Source: Parasitella parasitica NRRL 2501
Taxonomy: Eukaryota; Fungi; Mucoromycota
Assembly: GCA_025201805.1 (NCBI GenBank)
Contig: MU619288.1
Location: 16,833-80,832 of the forward strand
Reading direction: 5' to 3'
Length of the DNA: 64,000 nucleotides
Positions 1 through 13,094 of this stretch are shown one piece after another. The notes below the pieces were generated by a model that was given only the letters and a program-made list of their open reading frames with translations, was not told the origin of the DNA and ran no database searches. The position numbers and the translations under genes are program-made. Each line of letters begins with the position of its first letter. Position 1 is the stretch's first letter.

Positions 1-589
1 ATGTCATACTTGTAAAATGGAACCATTATATACATTTTTCTCGGAGATATAATGACTTGCTCAAGACCACATTCACCTTGGACTCGCTAATGCGGCAATA
101 ACAAGTAACTGCGTAAAATGGGCAATTAAACTACACTATGCAGTACAGAAAAGCATACAGTGAAGCCAAGAATAGTGATCATTCTTTAGTTTGGTTACAG
201 GGCAACAATTTTTCACTTTCAAGAGAAAAATCTGCAACTGTCAATAAATGCTACTGATACCGATACGCTCCCAATGTAGGACAAAAACTGCTCTAATAAT
301 ATCGTCATGAGGACGCCATAAACTAGTTACTGAGCTGATTTGATTTGTACAACTTTGAAAGTCTAATACACAGACTCAAGTGCTCGATACCACACCAAAC
401 GGTTTCCCAGAGCTCATGGGTACAAGGGAAAATGTATATCAAATTATCTTACTTCCAATTTCTTTTTCTTGTATGCTTACTTTGTGTCAACAGGGTGATT
501 CACTCGGTGGTGAGTTGTAGTGGTACAAATAGTGCTCAAAGAATCAGACTCAATCGTCGACAGGGCTCATAGCCACAAACATGGAAGAT

Positions 590-860
590 GTATTTTTGGT
601 TTCCTTGTCCATGTAACGCCCATTGATTTTCAATATATCTGTGTATAAAGTCCCACTCTGTTTGCGTCTCACTGACATGAAGGTTGGTGTTTGCTTGTCG
701 TGTGGCTCTTGGTTGCTTTACTTTTGCCTGCGACTTTGATCAAGCGTTCTGTTCTCATCCGCTGATCAATGCGGCAAAACTTTGAAGTATCTAGCCCTGG
801 TCACTTCGTCCCAGATTCTTTGATAGCATCGTGACATAATCTTTCTCCTTCAATCTATAC
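590..860 (-). pseudogene. Degenerate fragment of a Mucoromycota-type hypothetical (possibly restriction-endonuclease-fold) gene
   Basis: Minus-strand translation gives IEGERLCHDAIKESGTK*...KFCRID...LYTDILKINGRYM with stops; resemblance to the other degenerate copies is by eye only. Confidence 0.25.
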
Positions 861-1604
861 AATGAGTAATCATGCCTTACTCCGTCGCAGATACACAAGC
901 TAGAAAAATTTTAAACTTTAGATAAAGCAGTTTCCCCCCAGTAGCATATTATAATAAAGTGGTAGTCTGCCTGTGCTTTGAATATGCCAGGAAAAATATT
1001 TGATATACATTAGCACTAGTCGAAAACACCTATTCGACTCTACCTTTTTGACATACAACTACCTTTTTAAGTAATTTAATGCAAAATTTGAATAACAAAC
1101 AACTCATTTTTAAAATTATTTAAAAAAACTTTATCAAAGATTAAACCATTTGGGTGTTCAATTAAGAATCTGAAAACGTATTTATATTGAATGTATGATT
1201 TTTAATATGATTTAGAGTTACTTTTTTGAGGAGATGATAAAGATGACATAATAATACTCGCCTCTCCCAAATAATGTTCTAATGCCAACAAAGTCGCTCT
1301 AACTGTCGAAAATGGTCGTAGATTATGATAGCGTCAGTTTTTTTTTTACTTGAGATAATTCGACATGAACATCATCAAGTAGTTTTCCTGGCTGTCTACA
1401 TCCATTTGATGGTTCGTTATTTTTAATGTGAACGGCGAACAAACAAAAAAAAAAGCCAAAACATTAATTCTCAAGTGTGTTTTGTTGGGTATAATTGATT
1501 AATATTTCGTACCCACTCCCATGACGTGGTACGAGTCTACATGGATAAATAACTCCCATTCTTTGCCTTTTTCTTCCTCTCACATCAAAACAAAAAGAAC
1601 AATA

Positions 1605-2426
1605 ATGAGTGGTCAAAAGAAAGCTATCGTGTTTCTGTGTGAAGGTGCTGAAGAAATGGAGTTCACAATTACGGGTAATTCAAAAAAATTCGCTGGTATT
1701 TCCAAGCACATTCAATTAAAATTGATTCATATGCAATAGTCGACATATTGCGTCGTGCTAAAGTTGAGGTCACTGTAGTCGGTGTAGAGATTGCTAACGA
1801 AGTTGCTGTCTGCAGTCGCGGCGTCAAGATTGCTCCTGATGTGAAATTCAGCAAGAGTTTGAACTCTGTACGTTGTTCAACAATATGTGTCAGAAGTTTG
1901 CTTACTGAAATTTAACGTCTACTGGTAGGAAAACTATGATGCAGTTATCATTCCTGGTGGTAATGGTAGCGCAAAGACTTTATGTAGTCATGAAGATGCC
2001 AAAAAATTGATTATGGATTTTTACAACAGCAAAAAAATTGTCGCATTTATCTGTGCTGGCACACTCGTTGCAGAGAAAGCTGGCATTCCTCACAAACACA
2101 CTGTTACCTCGTATCCTGCCTTTAAGAAACAATTAGAAAAAGGTAACCGTTGACCCTTATCTAAAGACATGCATTGCACCAACAATGTTTCTCTCCATGT
2201 AGTCTATACTTACTCTGATGATCGTGTCGTGGTTGATGATAACGTCATTACTAGTCGTAGCCCCGGGACAACATTTTTGTTTGCATTGACGATTGTCGAA
2301 AAATTACTTGATGTTGGGGTATGTACAGTATTCTTCCCATATATGAAACATTGAGCTAACGCTTTTCCTTATTGGTAGACTGCAAACTCGCTTAGAGATG
2401 AAATGCTCACTTGCTCTGCTCTCTAA
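1605..2426 (+). CDS. DJ-1/PfpI family (class I glutamine amidotransferase-like) glyoxalase/deglycase, 5 exons
   Basis: [23 protein letters not shown]|[11 protein letters not shown]...[14 protein letters not shown]...AFICAGTL...[24 protein letters not shown]; conserved Glu (EEME) and nucleophile Cys (ICAG); four GT-AG introns. Confidence 0.92.
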
Positions 2427-2859
2427 AATGAAAACTAATAAAGTCATATTTTGAAATTCTGACATAGGCTACAAACTCATTTACTCGCTTTTTTTATGCT
2501 CGCAAAATCCGTCCCTGAGCGGAGGTGTAATACCAATGATCAACTGTATCACGGAAGGGCTTTTCATGTTATTTGTACAGTTGATCATTATGCCTTTTAT
2601 TTTGTACATTTGCTCCAAGATCCTTCTAAAGCAACATTCTTCATCGGATCAGCACAAAATTAACGTAAGCATCCGAATGATATCCTGTGGTCCATAATTA
2701 AAGTATACATTGATGTTACTCAAGAAACTTGACAAGTGAAAAAAGGAAAAAAATCCGAGAAAAAACAATACAATGTTAAAGAAATGAGCCAAGTTTTTGT
2801 TTCAGATATTTAATTATAATGAATAATAAAAAAAAAGAACGTTCAAGATACTACAACAT

Positions 2860-3624
2860 TTAAGCATCCTTGATCTTTTTGGTACCACGGAGGAGACCAG
2901 TACGACGAGCAGCAATTAAACCAACCTTTTGACCAGCAGGAGAATCACGAGCCATGGTAGAAGCCTTACCAATATGTTGATGGTTACCACCACCGTGAGG
3001 ATGGTCAACGGGATTCATGGCAACGCCACGAGTCTTGGGCCAGCTGTTACGCTTAACTCTATACTTGTGGAAAGCACGACCAGCCTTCAAGAGAGGTTTA
3101 TCAATACGACCACCACCAGCAACGATACCAATGACGGCACGGGAAGTAGAAGGAATAACCTTCTTGGAGCCAGAGGGAAGACGGATACGGGTCTTGCCAT
3201 CATCACCATGGCCAATGATAGTGACATAGTTACCGGAGGCACGGGCAATAGATCCACGATCACCAACCTTTTCCTCAACATTACAGACAACGGTACCTTC
3301 GGGCACAGAAGCCAAGGGCATAACGTTGCCAATGTTCAAGGTAGCCTTCTTACCGGCGTAGATGAATTGGCCAGTATACATACCTTCAGTAGCGATGAAA
3401 GTCTCGGTACGGAGCTTATACTTGTAGGGGTCACGGAAGACAACCTTGGCAAGAGGAGCGCCTCTTCCAGGATCGTGAACAATATCCTTGACAATACCAC
3501 GAACATAACCATGACGTTCAGCGAAATCAAAGACTCTGAGCTTGGCAGCACCCTTACGACCAACGGTGTGAGAGCGGAAGATGCTTCCAGCACCCTTTCT
3601 TTGAGCACGAATAACACGACCCAT
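2860..3624 (-). CDS. RPL2: 60S ribosomal protein uL2 (yeast L2 / mammalian L8)
   Basis: 254 aa [19 protein letters not shown]...[23 protein letters not shown]...RRTGLLRG, the uL2 signature. Confidence 0.99.
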   Translation of the reverse strand: MGRVIRAQRKGAGSIFRSHTVGRKGAAKLRVFDFAERHGYVRGIVKDIVHDPGRGAPLAKVVFRDPYKYKLRTETFIATEGMYTGQFIYAGKKATLNIGNVMPLASVPEGTVVCNVEEKVGDRGSIARASGNYVTIIGHGDDGKTRIRLPSGSKKVIPSTSRAVIGIVAGGGRIDKPLLKAGRAFHKYRVKRNSWPKTRGVAMNPVDHPHGGGNHQHIGKASTMARDSPAGQKVGLIAARRTGLLRGTKKIKDA

Positions 3625-3639
3625 TCAAGATGATTAATT

Positions 3640-4023
3640 CTATACAAATAAACCTGTTAAATACGACGTTTTGTGAATGCAAGTGGAGATATCAATAATG
3701 AAAAGGGGTCGACAGGAGATAATAAATTGGAGAATCGAGTGAGATGTATGTTGCTATAGCGACATGATGATGCTGAATTGAAATGTTGAACATGTGTAAT
3801 TGAGGTAGCTTCACAAGTGAAAGTCTTTGTTTAGTGGGCTGATATGCAAGGTATTCCATCCGAATTATTTCATTCTTCTTCCATATTCATTCATTTATCC
3901 ATCCATCCATCCATCCATCCGACTAAAGCATCCATCCATCCACTCTCACTACTCGATTCTCAGCATAATTCATATCGTTGCCTCTATATTTTCAATATTG
4001 AGATCTTATTGCTTAAAACATAC
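3640..4023 (-). other. Putative 5'UTR intron of RPL2 containing an (ATCC)n microsatellite
   Basis: GTATGT donor at 4023; TTAAC branch and TAG acceptor at 3640, 15 nt upstream of the ATG; ATCC repeats at about 3897-3941. Confidence 0.65.
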
Positions 4024-4859
4024 CCTATTTGGGGAGAAGAGAAGGGAGCTACACTGATCAGTCTTACTTTACTATTTCTGCTTGATCAGGGAGCCACCAA
4101 ATTTGAGTTTGAAACGGGTCGCGGTAGCAGAAGCACTTCCTGCAGTACATAAAAGATGGCAGATTGCCTCTGTTATTACAGCCTGAGGAAACCTTAATTA
4201 TTCACAAAAGATGTGGGATATTTAATTTCAGAGAAGAGGAATAAATTTTTTAAAAAAAGTGTAATCTTTATCAGCTAAGCGAATTCTAGTAGGAATATGT
4301 ATATTTTATGGTTGTAAACTCGATTAGTGCAGTATGATTGGCCAATTCCTATTTTAACGCTTTCTGATTGGATGGTTCATCTAATTAGAGATTAACATCT
4401 CCAACTTTACAGAAAAAAAAAAGAATAAGCATGCAAGTAGACAATTATAATAATATGATAAAATTACTTTTTCTTTTTTCTGTAGTAGCGCATGTTATCT
4501 TCGTTCTACCATGAGGAACATAATTACTGCCTTCCATATGTGCGCGCTTTAGCTGCGTTTATTTTATGGACATGGAGATATGGCCCAAGAATTTGATAGT
4601 GAGTATCGTCCTCTCTTATGACAAATATTTTCATCAATTAACATCAAAGAGTTTGATGAAATGTCACCAGCTAATCCTCAAATACCTTTGTTGTTGTTGT
4701 ATACATAGTGCTCATTTACTGCCTTCTACATATCTACATATTTCTGATATGCGCACCTGCATTACAGCATCTGCTCATCAAGGCACATCTATCAGGAATA
4801 GCCAACCATAGCTAATAAAGGATTGTATATTAAATCAATGCAAGCTACTCTGAGACATG

Positions 4860-5550
4860 TCAAGTGCATTATTACTCAGGAACAAGAGTCTTTATTATGA
4901 AAAAGAACGCCTTCCAAGCGTAAATAAAAAGGCAGATTTTATATACAGTGAGAAACGGATACTTCTCGTTTATTTTCGTTTGTTTATTTTTCAGTGTGCA
5001 ACTTTACTCCTATATTGTTGAATACATCAGTTGTGTCAATCGCTACATACTGAAAATATTATATACATTATCTTGCTATATAACTATTATTACTCCCCTT
5101 ATGTTACCTCGCTTTATAGCCTAAACTAATATTCCACCGTAGTAGCCTCGCTAATATATATAATATGAATTCCAAACTGTATACTACCTGACTTATCACA
5201 ATTAGGAACATTTTGAACTCTTTTTGGACCAAGCCAGCTTTAACATAAACATGCGTCGCTCGACAGCTTGGTCGCGTCGTGGAACACAAGCACTTATAGA
5301 ATCACCTTCTGTGAGGAGTGTTTCTCATAATGTCATCAGTGCTGTCACCACATTTAGTACAGTAAATGTGAGCATGAGAGAGATAGGAAATGTTAAGAAA
5401 AGAATGATTGTAGGCACAACAAAACGAAAGACATCTGGAAATGCGGGCGTGGCTACTCCAAAAGGCACTACAGCTGACCATTATCTACGGTTCATCAGTA
5501 ATACGTTAGACATTATGGATGCATTTCCCAACATGAAGGGTTTCTGATCT
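4860..5550 (+). mobile_element. Tc1/mariner-IS630 transposase remnant (region of the first catalytic Asp)
   Basis: DQASFNINMRRSTAWSRRGTQALIESPS...GTTADHYLRFISNTLDIMD, a degenerate version of the DESGF...GWS motif also seen at 58718 and 61347; stops present. Confidence 0.8.
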
Positions 5551-5919
5551 GCTATAATTGTAGATAGGAGATTATGGCAATGTACTTCAATGGAAGATTG
5601 AAGGTTGTCCATTGATGTGATGTAATACACCTGTGTAGATTGGAGAAAAAAAAGTCTCTGTTTTAACACGGATCTGTGCAATAGGATACAGGTTGGGGCA
5701 CTGTCAGATCAAAGACGTGTAGCCTTTGTCGTATAATTTTACATCGTACCCTGTCAAGTAGATTGTTACTGGGAATTAGTCCTGTCAATTAGTAATATCA
5801 ATAATTCACAATAAATTTGTGTAGTTGTAAAAGGTATAGATAGCAGATGCAATTTCGATCTTAAAGTATCATAAAGTTTTCGTATCTCGTTAGCCTCTTT
5901 TTTTTTTTTTGTTTTTGTT

Positions 5920-6393
5920 TCTGATAGTTTCCATATCGTCATGGACAATGCTCCAATTAATTTTCCTGATGTAATTGATCCTATCATAAAGGGAAGAGAG
6001 TATAAACCTGTCTGCCTTTCACCCTACTCACCTGAGCTAAATCCGATCGAGATGTTCTGGAAAGTTTAAAAGATAGAGTAAAAAGAGGCAAGCCAAGCGA
6101 CGTGAAAACCTTTACTTCTAGAGTTGTTAAAGGAAGTGATGATGTTCCAATTGAGCATTTGCAAAATGTCATCCAACATTCTATAGATAGTTTACCTAAA
6201 TGGCTTAATAAAGAGCCTTTATAATCATTTTGACATTTGACCAAAAATTGGTCAACTTGATAAAAAAAAAAAAAAAAAAAGATGGTGAATATACTCTCAA
6301 AAAGCTGGGCAAGTTGAATTCAAACACCTGGTCATTATTTTGGCAATTTACGAATGTCCAAAAGAATTCAAAAAAAAGAGTAGAAGCACAGTA
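5920..6393 (+). mobile_element. Tc1/IS630 transposase C-terminal remnant with possible terminal end
   Basis: IVMDNAPI...PYSPELNPIEMFWK...LQNVIQHSIDSLPKWLNKEPL* across frameshifts; ends ...GCACAG|TA at about 6391, compatible with a TA target site. Confidence 0.75.
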
Positions 6394-7334
6394 CTGTTTA
6401 TTTGTTATGGTTTTGTAGGCAACAAATAATACTAAATGGGCTTTTCAATTCCGGGTACCGGCCTTGTATATCACAGTAAATAGAATCAGTTACTTTGCTT
6501 GATTGTTTGTTATATGAGAATTTCGTTCAGGAGAAGAGGGGTAACTATAGCTATATGAGCAACCATCAAGTTCTATTCCCAATAAAGTGACTTGAGGCAT
6601 TTTATATATTTTATACGATTGATTTTCTCGGAGATGTGGTCAAATTAGGTGTCTTTCAAAGTAACTGCATTAATATTTTGAACATCTTAAATGGAAAAAC
6701 AAGAAACAAAGAAAACGACCATGGCATATCTAAATTCTTTGCAGAATGATGTTATGCGTATGAACGTCGACGTGATATTATTATAACATACGGGTTCCAG
6801 CCCTGAGTCGCAATTACAGTCTTGTTTAGAATGAAGTTGTGTTCCAAATTGTTGGGAAAAATATAAGAAAATGTCGTAATTTGGTTGTGGGTTGTTGCTT
6901 GAAATATATTTTGCGGCGATGACTAAAAAATGCACTTGCCTGTCGTCATTTTTTCTTCATTGTACGTTAAGGCCATTTGTATAAAACTCGCCTCCTTACT
7001 TATATGATATAAAGGAATCAAGTAGAGCTTTAACAAAAAACAGTTTATAACTGAAAAAAAAATCTCTGTAAGCCTTCACCTTCTCAAAAAACATTTTATC
7101 AATATGAATTGTTCACCTTTCAAAAATGATACTTGGATGATAATTAAAATGACGTAAGGGGTTGCCTGTATAGCCAATCACCGTGAAGTGCTACGCCAAA
7201 ATGCTACAAATTATCTGGGGTTCAAGATCGACAGTTTCCTAAACGTAAAACATATAAAAGGAACCTCAATCTGTCGCATTCTCGTACGTTAACTTTTTCT
7301 TTATCTTGAAAAAAAATAGTGTATGCCCTAAAAA

Positions 7335-7790
7335 ATGATATGCGATACAAATTGGTGTACCTTCTGTGATAATGCCATTAGTCCTTACTCTGATTCCCTC
7401 TATTGCTCAGAGGAGTGCCTACGTCAAGACGCTCTGATGCATCATCCGATGCTTGGTTATGACTACGCAGATCTTGAAGGATTTCCGCATAGCAGAAAAA
7501 TGCCATCACTTGTTGGAAGAAAATCATCTGTTCCTGCTTCATCCATCAACGGCAGCAATAATGATTTCATTCAATTACAAAAAATCCCATCCTTGTCACC
7601 GTCATTGTCATCGTCAATTTCCTCCTACTCTTCAAATCATCTTTGTGATACAACTTCGAATATAGACAAAAGCAATAGCAACGATAACTTTGCTTCTAAT
7701 GTCACCTACTTTCACCCAAAACTACGGAGCAAAATTTCCTCATCTATTCCTTTCATGGAACAGTTAAATCAAGCATTACTTCAATCTTAA
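7335..7790 (+). CDS. Ecl1-family (extender of chronological lifespan) zinc-binding protein
   Basis: N-terminal WCTFCDNAI...SLYCSEECLRQD (C2-C2) motif followed by a Ser-rich tail; TATAAAAG at about 7253 and a TGACGTAA CRE-like site at about 7150. Confidence 0.8.
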   Translation: MICDTNWCTFCDNAISPYSDSLYCSEECLRQDALMHHPMLGYDYADLEGFPHSRKMPSLVGRKSSVPASSINGSNNDFIQLQKIPSLSPSLSSSISSYSSNHLCDTTSNIDKSNSNDNFASNVTYFHPKLRSKISSSIPFMEQLNQALLQS

Positions 7791-9421
7791 AGAGCTCTTA
7801 TTTGTTGACATTCGATCATATTACACATCATTTCATGCCATATATAAAAAAATCTCACACACAGACACAGACACAATATTCATTAACATATAGCATATCT
7901 CTCCTTTTTTTTATTTTTTTTTATTTTTATTAAACTGTAAATACTAAAACTCTAAAAGAAGGCTAGTGAAACTTATGATGAAATTCTTCTAGGCAATTTC
8001 AGTTGAAATTTATAAATTATAAGACGTTAGTGTCATGTTAATTGAGTCATCATCACTAAGGAAGAAACTGTTCTAGTGCCTTGAATTAGAACGCAACGAG
8101 ATTTAGCCGAGATGTATCAAATCTGCAATAAATATAGATTGAACCGGGAACTGAGTTGTGCGTAGCTTTAAATTATCAACAACAAATATTCAGCCATGGC
8201 AAATTATTTCTGTTGCCATAGCGACCAATTGTCATGCAAAACACTTGAATCTCTCTTGGTATAAAGGAGAATAATGGGTCAAACAGAAATGAATCGATAT
8301 CTGACAAGACAATCAATACAACATGGATCAACTTCTAAGGAGAAATACATAGCAAAGGAGGAATGGGGAAGAATCATTTTCTGTCCTGTAAGATGCGTGT
8401 TTAAAATTAAGGAGAAGGTGATCGCATTCGTAACGAGGAGAAGGAGGCTGAGAAGAAAGCGAGGGAGTGCCTCTATACCGTACATATTATTTTTGTGGCC
8501 ATCTATTCGCGCAGATCAAGCTAATTTACGAGAAGCTTTCAAAACGATTAATAAATTGTAAGCTCATTCTAATTGAACATTATAGCTATCCATAGCAGAT
8601 TAGTACTTACAGAAATGTAATCATTTAGAGTGTAAGGCTGCGATGTATATTATAAAATAATTATTGCATTAGCCTTCCTTTGGACAGCTCAATAGTGCAG
8701 CGGCGCTTCCTCGTAAATTTCGTCGTACGTTTTATGTCATAATAGGTTTGTTTTAGCAAGACACATGTGTATTTTTATCTCTTCGAATTCAGGTAAAAAT
8801 TGGTTTTATATATGCCATTACGTTATTCACTCAGCTCAGTCTTATTTTTAGCTTCAAGCATCAAAATGCAAATGTGTTTATCTATATACTCAATTGAAGT
8901 TGGGCGCAGCTTTTAGTATTTGGATGTTTTCACATAATGGAACAAAAGAAGGAACTATGACTTTGTGTCCCTTGCCCGTATCCAACTCTCCTTGAAAACA
9001 CAACTTTTTTTTTATTTTATTTATAAGATAATAAACTAACAAAGCCTGAATAATAATAGCAGTTTCCGTTAAATGTGTTGTCCCAAATCAGTGACATTAT
9101 TTTACAAAGTTACAGAGTACAAATGTTAAAAATAAATAGTTATAAAGTAGCACCGATGTAACAAACGAATCCCAGCTTATTAACCAAGCTTGTTTATGCC
9201 GAGTGTAACTGCAGGTATTGTTGCAAATGAAGCAGTAGCCCACAAGCTGGTTGCCTGTTTTGTCTACTTCGTCTTGCATGCTTGTAAAAAAAAAAAAAAA
9301 AAAACCAGCTTATAAAGCCAATTCTCGAAAAACCTCATCCCTTTGATTTCTTCTTTTTATCTCGTAAATTGTACATTTACTCTTGATATTTATTAATTGA
9401 CCTTCCTTTAATACAACGATT

Positions 9422-10396
9422 ATGGTTTCATTCAAGACATTCCTCGCTACATCAGTTACTCTCATTCTCGCATTTGCCAGTGTGGAAGCTGCTGTTTCGC
9501 CTACCTATCCTTCTCCTGGGACAATTCAAATTGAAGGCCAATCCTATGATATTACTTGGAGTAAGCTAAACTATGTTAGCTACTGAGATCTATTCATTAA
9601 ATGAACAATTGGTTATTTAGCTTTCGACGGAAAGGATCCCAAAGTCACCTATACTATTGGTACATATTACAAGAGAATTTTACCAGAATTAACTTCTAAC
9701 AAACAAATTTTATAGATTTCATGACAGGCTCAAATGATGTTCAAACTAAATTGGAAACTGTAGCCACTGTAAATTGTCATTATCATGCCATGTCAATCAA
9801 AGAGCTAACGAATATTTTATAACGTAGAATGTATCTGCCAGTGCTTTGAAATATACTTTTGTTACCCCTCAAGTAACACCTAATTCTGCAATCTATTTCT
9901 TTATGTTCACAAGTACAGTCTATAATCGCACAAGTCAAGTTAGAGTCATACTGACGATTTATTTCTAGGTTCTGATGGTGTCGCTTCCTGGACTACTCGT
10001 TTTGGTATTGCAGGTGCTGACGGTAAGCTTACCAAGGAGACTGAAAGCACTCAACCTAACGGTGATGCTATTCCTTGGGGTACTGGTAAGCTCATCAGTA
10101 GCGATGCCGCGGCTAATGCCACCAATGCTTCATCAAATGTACCTGCCACGGCTGCTGCTTCTTCCACTGCTGCTGCAGCCTCTTCAGCTTCTTCATCCGC
10201 AACCGGTGCCACCGATGTTGCTGTCTCCGTTGCCTCTTCCAGTGTTGTTGATTCAGATGTGGCTAAATCTTCGCCAAACGCTCCCGTCCCCTCTGCCGCC
10301 CAAATTGTTTCTAAAAAGGACGCCAACAGCGGCTCCATGGTTAAACCGGCTCTTACTTTGGTTTCGGCTGCTGTCGCTGCCTACCTAAGTCTCTAG
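9422..10396 (+). CDS. Secreted Ser/Thr/Ala-rich GPI-anchored cell-wall protein with a Kre9/Knh1-like N-terminal domain, 5 exons
   Basis: Signal peptide MVSFKTFLATSVTLILAFASVEA; PTYPSPGT...YDITW...DFMTGSN...YFFMFT...WTTRFGI...IPWGTGKL; Ala/Ser-rich linker; hydrophobic C-terminus SGSMVKPALTLVSAAVAAYLSL*. Confidence 0.85.
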
Positions 10397-11043
10397 ATCT
10401 TGATCCTCTAACTTATTGTAACAACCCTACTATTATATCTCTTTTATTAAATCCCTGTATTTTTTTTATAATATTTTTATAATTTTATTTGTGTCTATAT
10501 CAAGACAATGTGGCATAAGTGTTATGTCTTCACAGCCACACTGCATTGTCAACAATAAACATTCCAATAATAGACCAAGCTTTCTTGGGTCATTAGCATT
10601 GAAAAACATGAGGTTTAAAGGTGATACCGTACAACATTTGATCTGTGAAATCAAAACCTTGTGCTTCTTTGAGAATATTAAATTTTATAAATTTAACCCA
10701 TACTGAGCTGATATATACTCATTGGCAATTTATCAGTGAGCTAATGATATAAAAAAAATAAATAGCACAATAAAGAGGTGCAAAGTTTTGAAACGCTAAA
10801 GGTAGAATTAAAAACTTTGATTTTCGAGAGATTTTGTTTGCGCCTTGTCAATAAGCAGGCAACAGGATTACATGTTGAGCGAAAATTATAAAAATGCAAG
10901 TTTATTTGAAATTAAAAGTATAAATATTATATGGGATTAAGATTTTCAAGGAAGTAATGATCTCTATCTATCTGTTCTATGCAGTAAAGTGTTCAAGTGT
11001 TTGCCAACGATCGGGTATATTTAATGTACTTGAGAAAAACTTT

Positions 11044-11307
11044 TTAAGCGCCAGTGTTGGTGGTATCAATGCCATGATTATTACTGAATTTACAACCCAT
11101 AGGGTCATAATAGTGACCGACAACGTCGGGATAATTACCACATCGCATGGGATCACGACTGTAAGCACTACTGACAATGGAAGGCGCAGGAGACGCATAG
11201 CTGCTATAAAGTGAATTGGCGGGAGTAGATCTTTCGTCTTCTTCTTGAATTTGTTTTTGGGCAAATGCCTTTTTGATAAGCTTGGAGAGATGCATATGGA
11301 GACCCAT
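11044..11307 (-). CDS. Small hypothetical protein (87 aa)
   Basis: ACAATG start context, TATATAAG about 65 nt upstream, uninterrupted ORF; no recognised domain. Confidence 0.5.
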   Translation of the reverse strand: MGLHMHLSKLIKKAFAQKQIQEEDERSTPANSLYSSYASPAPSIVSSAYSRDPMRCGNYPDVVGHYYDPMGCKFSNNHGIDTTNTGA

Positions 11308-11911
11308 TGTTATACGTATGTTTGTAAATTTGAGAAAAAAAAGAGGGTGTTTCGTTCAATCTCGAGTCCTTATATAGCGTAAAATATTCTGTCAAAACTG
11401 TTAGCCGTGCTTTCCGTACTTTTCCCTAATCATGTTATAATTGGCTCAAACACCCTATTAACTGTCTATATTTAGTAATCCTCGGACGTAGAAGATAATA
11501 CGACACGCTTCAAAAGTGATTTACATCGGATCTGATCCTCATATCGAGGTAAAAGGCCCATTAGCGTCATATGTGATCAATGAAGAGCCTTTATACCCAT
11601 CCAATATAGCTGAGAAGACCTCTAACGCTCTTCAGAAATTTGCTAAGGACCACTTTTCATAGCTTGAATAGTGTATTTTTTTGTTAGTAGTTTGATATAT
11701 TTCTTCAATTTTGTATATTCCTGTTAAGGCATTATTTTTTTTGATCCCAAGGAATACTGAAATAGATTATTCTCTTTAGAACTTGGCCAAAGGATAAACG
11801 TATATGCTCGACAAATATAATATATTTTTATTGGACAATCATGCTGAGGATTTTTTGGTATTGGTTAAATATGCTATGATACAATGAATTTGGATATACA
11901 CGGAATAATGT

Positions 11912-13094
11912 TTAGACTGTTGATGCAACTGGAACTGCTGCTGCCGGTGGGGGCGGGAGAGCACCTGCTCTTTGCAACCAGTTAGGTCTCCAAAGAACTG
12001 GCATAGCAGGCATGTATCTTCCAAAAGGCTGTTTAGTTATGTATCGAGGATCATTTCGAGTTGACATGACCAGAGAATGTTGCATTCGAATATGCTTCAA
12101 GATTGTCTTGTAAGAAAAATAATCACAGCCACATATTTACAATGCTTACCTCTGAATGATGGCCAATAACCTGAACTACAAAAAATACAATAAACGATAT
12201 CACGATACAAGCCTGCATAATGTAGACACCACGATACATTTTGTACTCATGTTCTATATTCAATTGTGTTAATGAATCATGAACCATGAACCATACGTTA
12301 TCCGATCTCTTACCATGATTTCTGTCTAGTGTTGTAGTAAGGCAATAATTAAAGCCAGTATGAAAGTATATGTCTAATCCCATGAAAACAATGTAAGAGC
12401 CACCGAGTGCTGCTCCCAACTGGTGCCAGAAACACGAATAAAGCGATAAAATCATAAAGACCACGACAAGTACAGTGAGCAAGATAGCTCTTCCAGAATT
12501 TGATGTAATTGATAAATTATCCTTCCAGCCCAAAATCCACAGACCTATTGTGAGACCTCCGAAACCACCGATCAACATGAGGTATAACTGGATCGTAACT
12601 GACATACACGTAGTTACCACTATTCCCACTATAAATGGTACAATAAAGTATATAGTTTCACGATTCTGCCCATAAGTTTGTTCAGGTTCAAAATTTGCGA
12701 GCATAATCCAGGTAACAAATCCCATGGTTATGAAACCTGCTAACTCTTGTGTACGAGTGCCAGCAGCGGTTTTATCCCACACCGGACGACATGCAAGTAA
12801 TAAACCACATACAATCATGACAATGCCCCCCAAAACACCCTGGATACTTAGATTGTATCCATCATCTAGGTTTGAAGAGTAGATAAGTACACAATATGTA
12901 TAATTGACAGGCAAGTTGCATCTACCTAAATTGATGGCTTTGTCTGGCAAATATAATACGCCTGGCTTAAATGTGGGTGTATCGACTGCTGGGGCTGCAC
13001 TACAGCACTGAGCTACAAATACCAAGATTAACGTCAACAATATTTGCAGCATGCTGGCTGTTGTTGATGCTGACAGGATATTTCTTGGAGGCAT
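11912..13094 (-). CDS. DUF4203 / TMEM198-like multi-pass membrane protein with signal peptide, 3 exons
   Basis: Signal peptide, about 7 hydrophobic helices, IGGFGGLTIGLWILGWK and ALGGSYIVFMGLDIYFHTGF motifs; GT-AG introns near 12256-12313 and 12110-12149. Confidence 0.8.

Noticed and set aside
2929-3647. 234-aa plus-strand ORF and other ORFs overlapping RPL2
   Set aside because: Antisense or alternate-frame shadows produced by the codon bias of a highly expressed gene.
3764-3777. ATGATGA...CTGA resembling C/D snoRNA boxes in the RPL2 intron
   Set aside because: On the strand opposite to the host transcript, and the boxes are only a few nucleotides apart.
8274-8561. 95-aa plus-strand ORF
   Set aside because: No recognisable motif or splice structure; probably chance or decayed TE sequence.
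9975-10388. 137-aa Leu/Pro-rich ORF in the track
   Set aside because: Wrong-frame reading of the last exon of the GPI-anchored protein gene.
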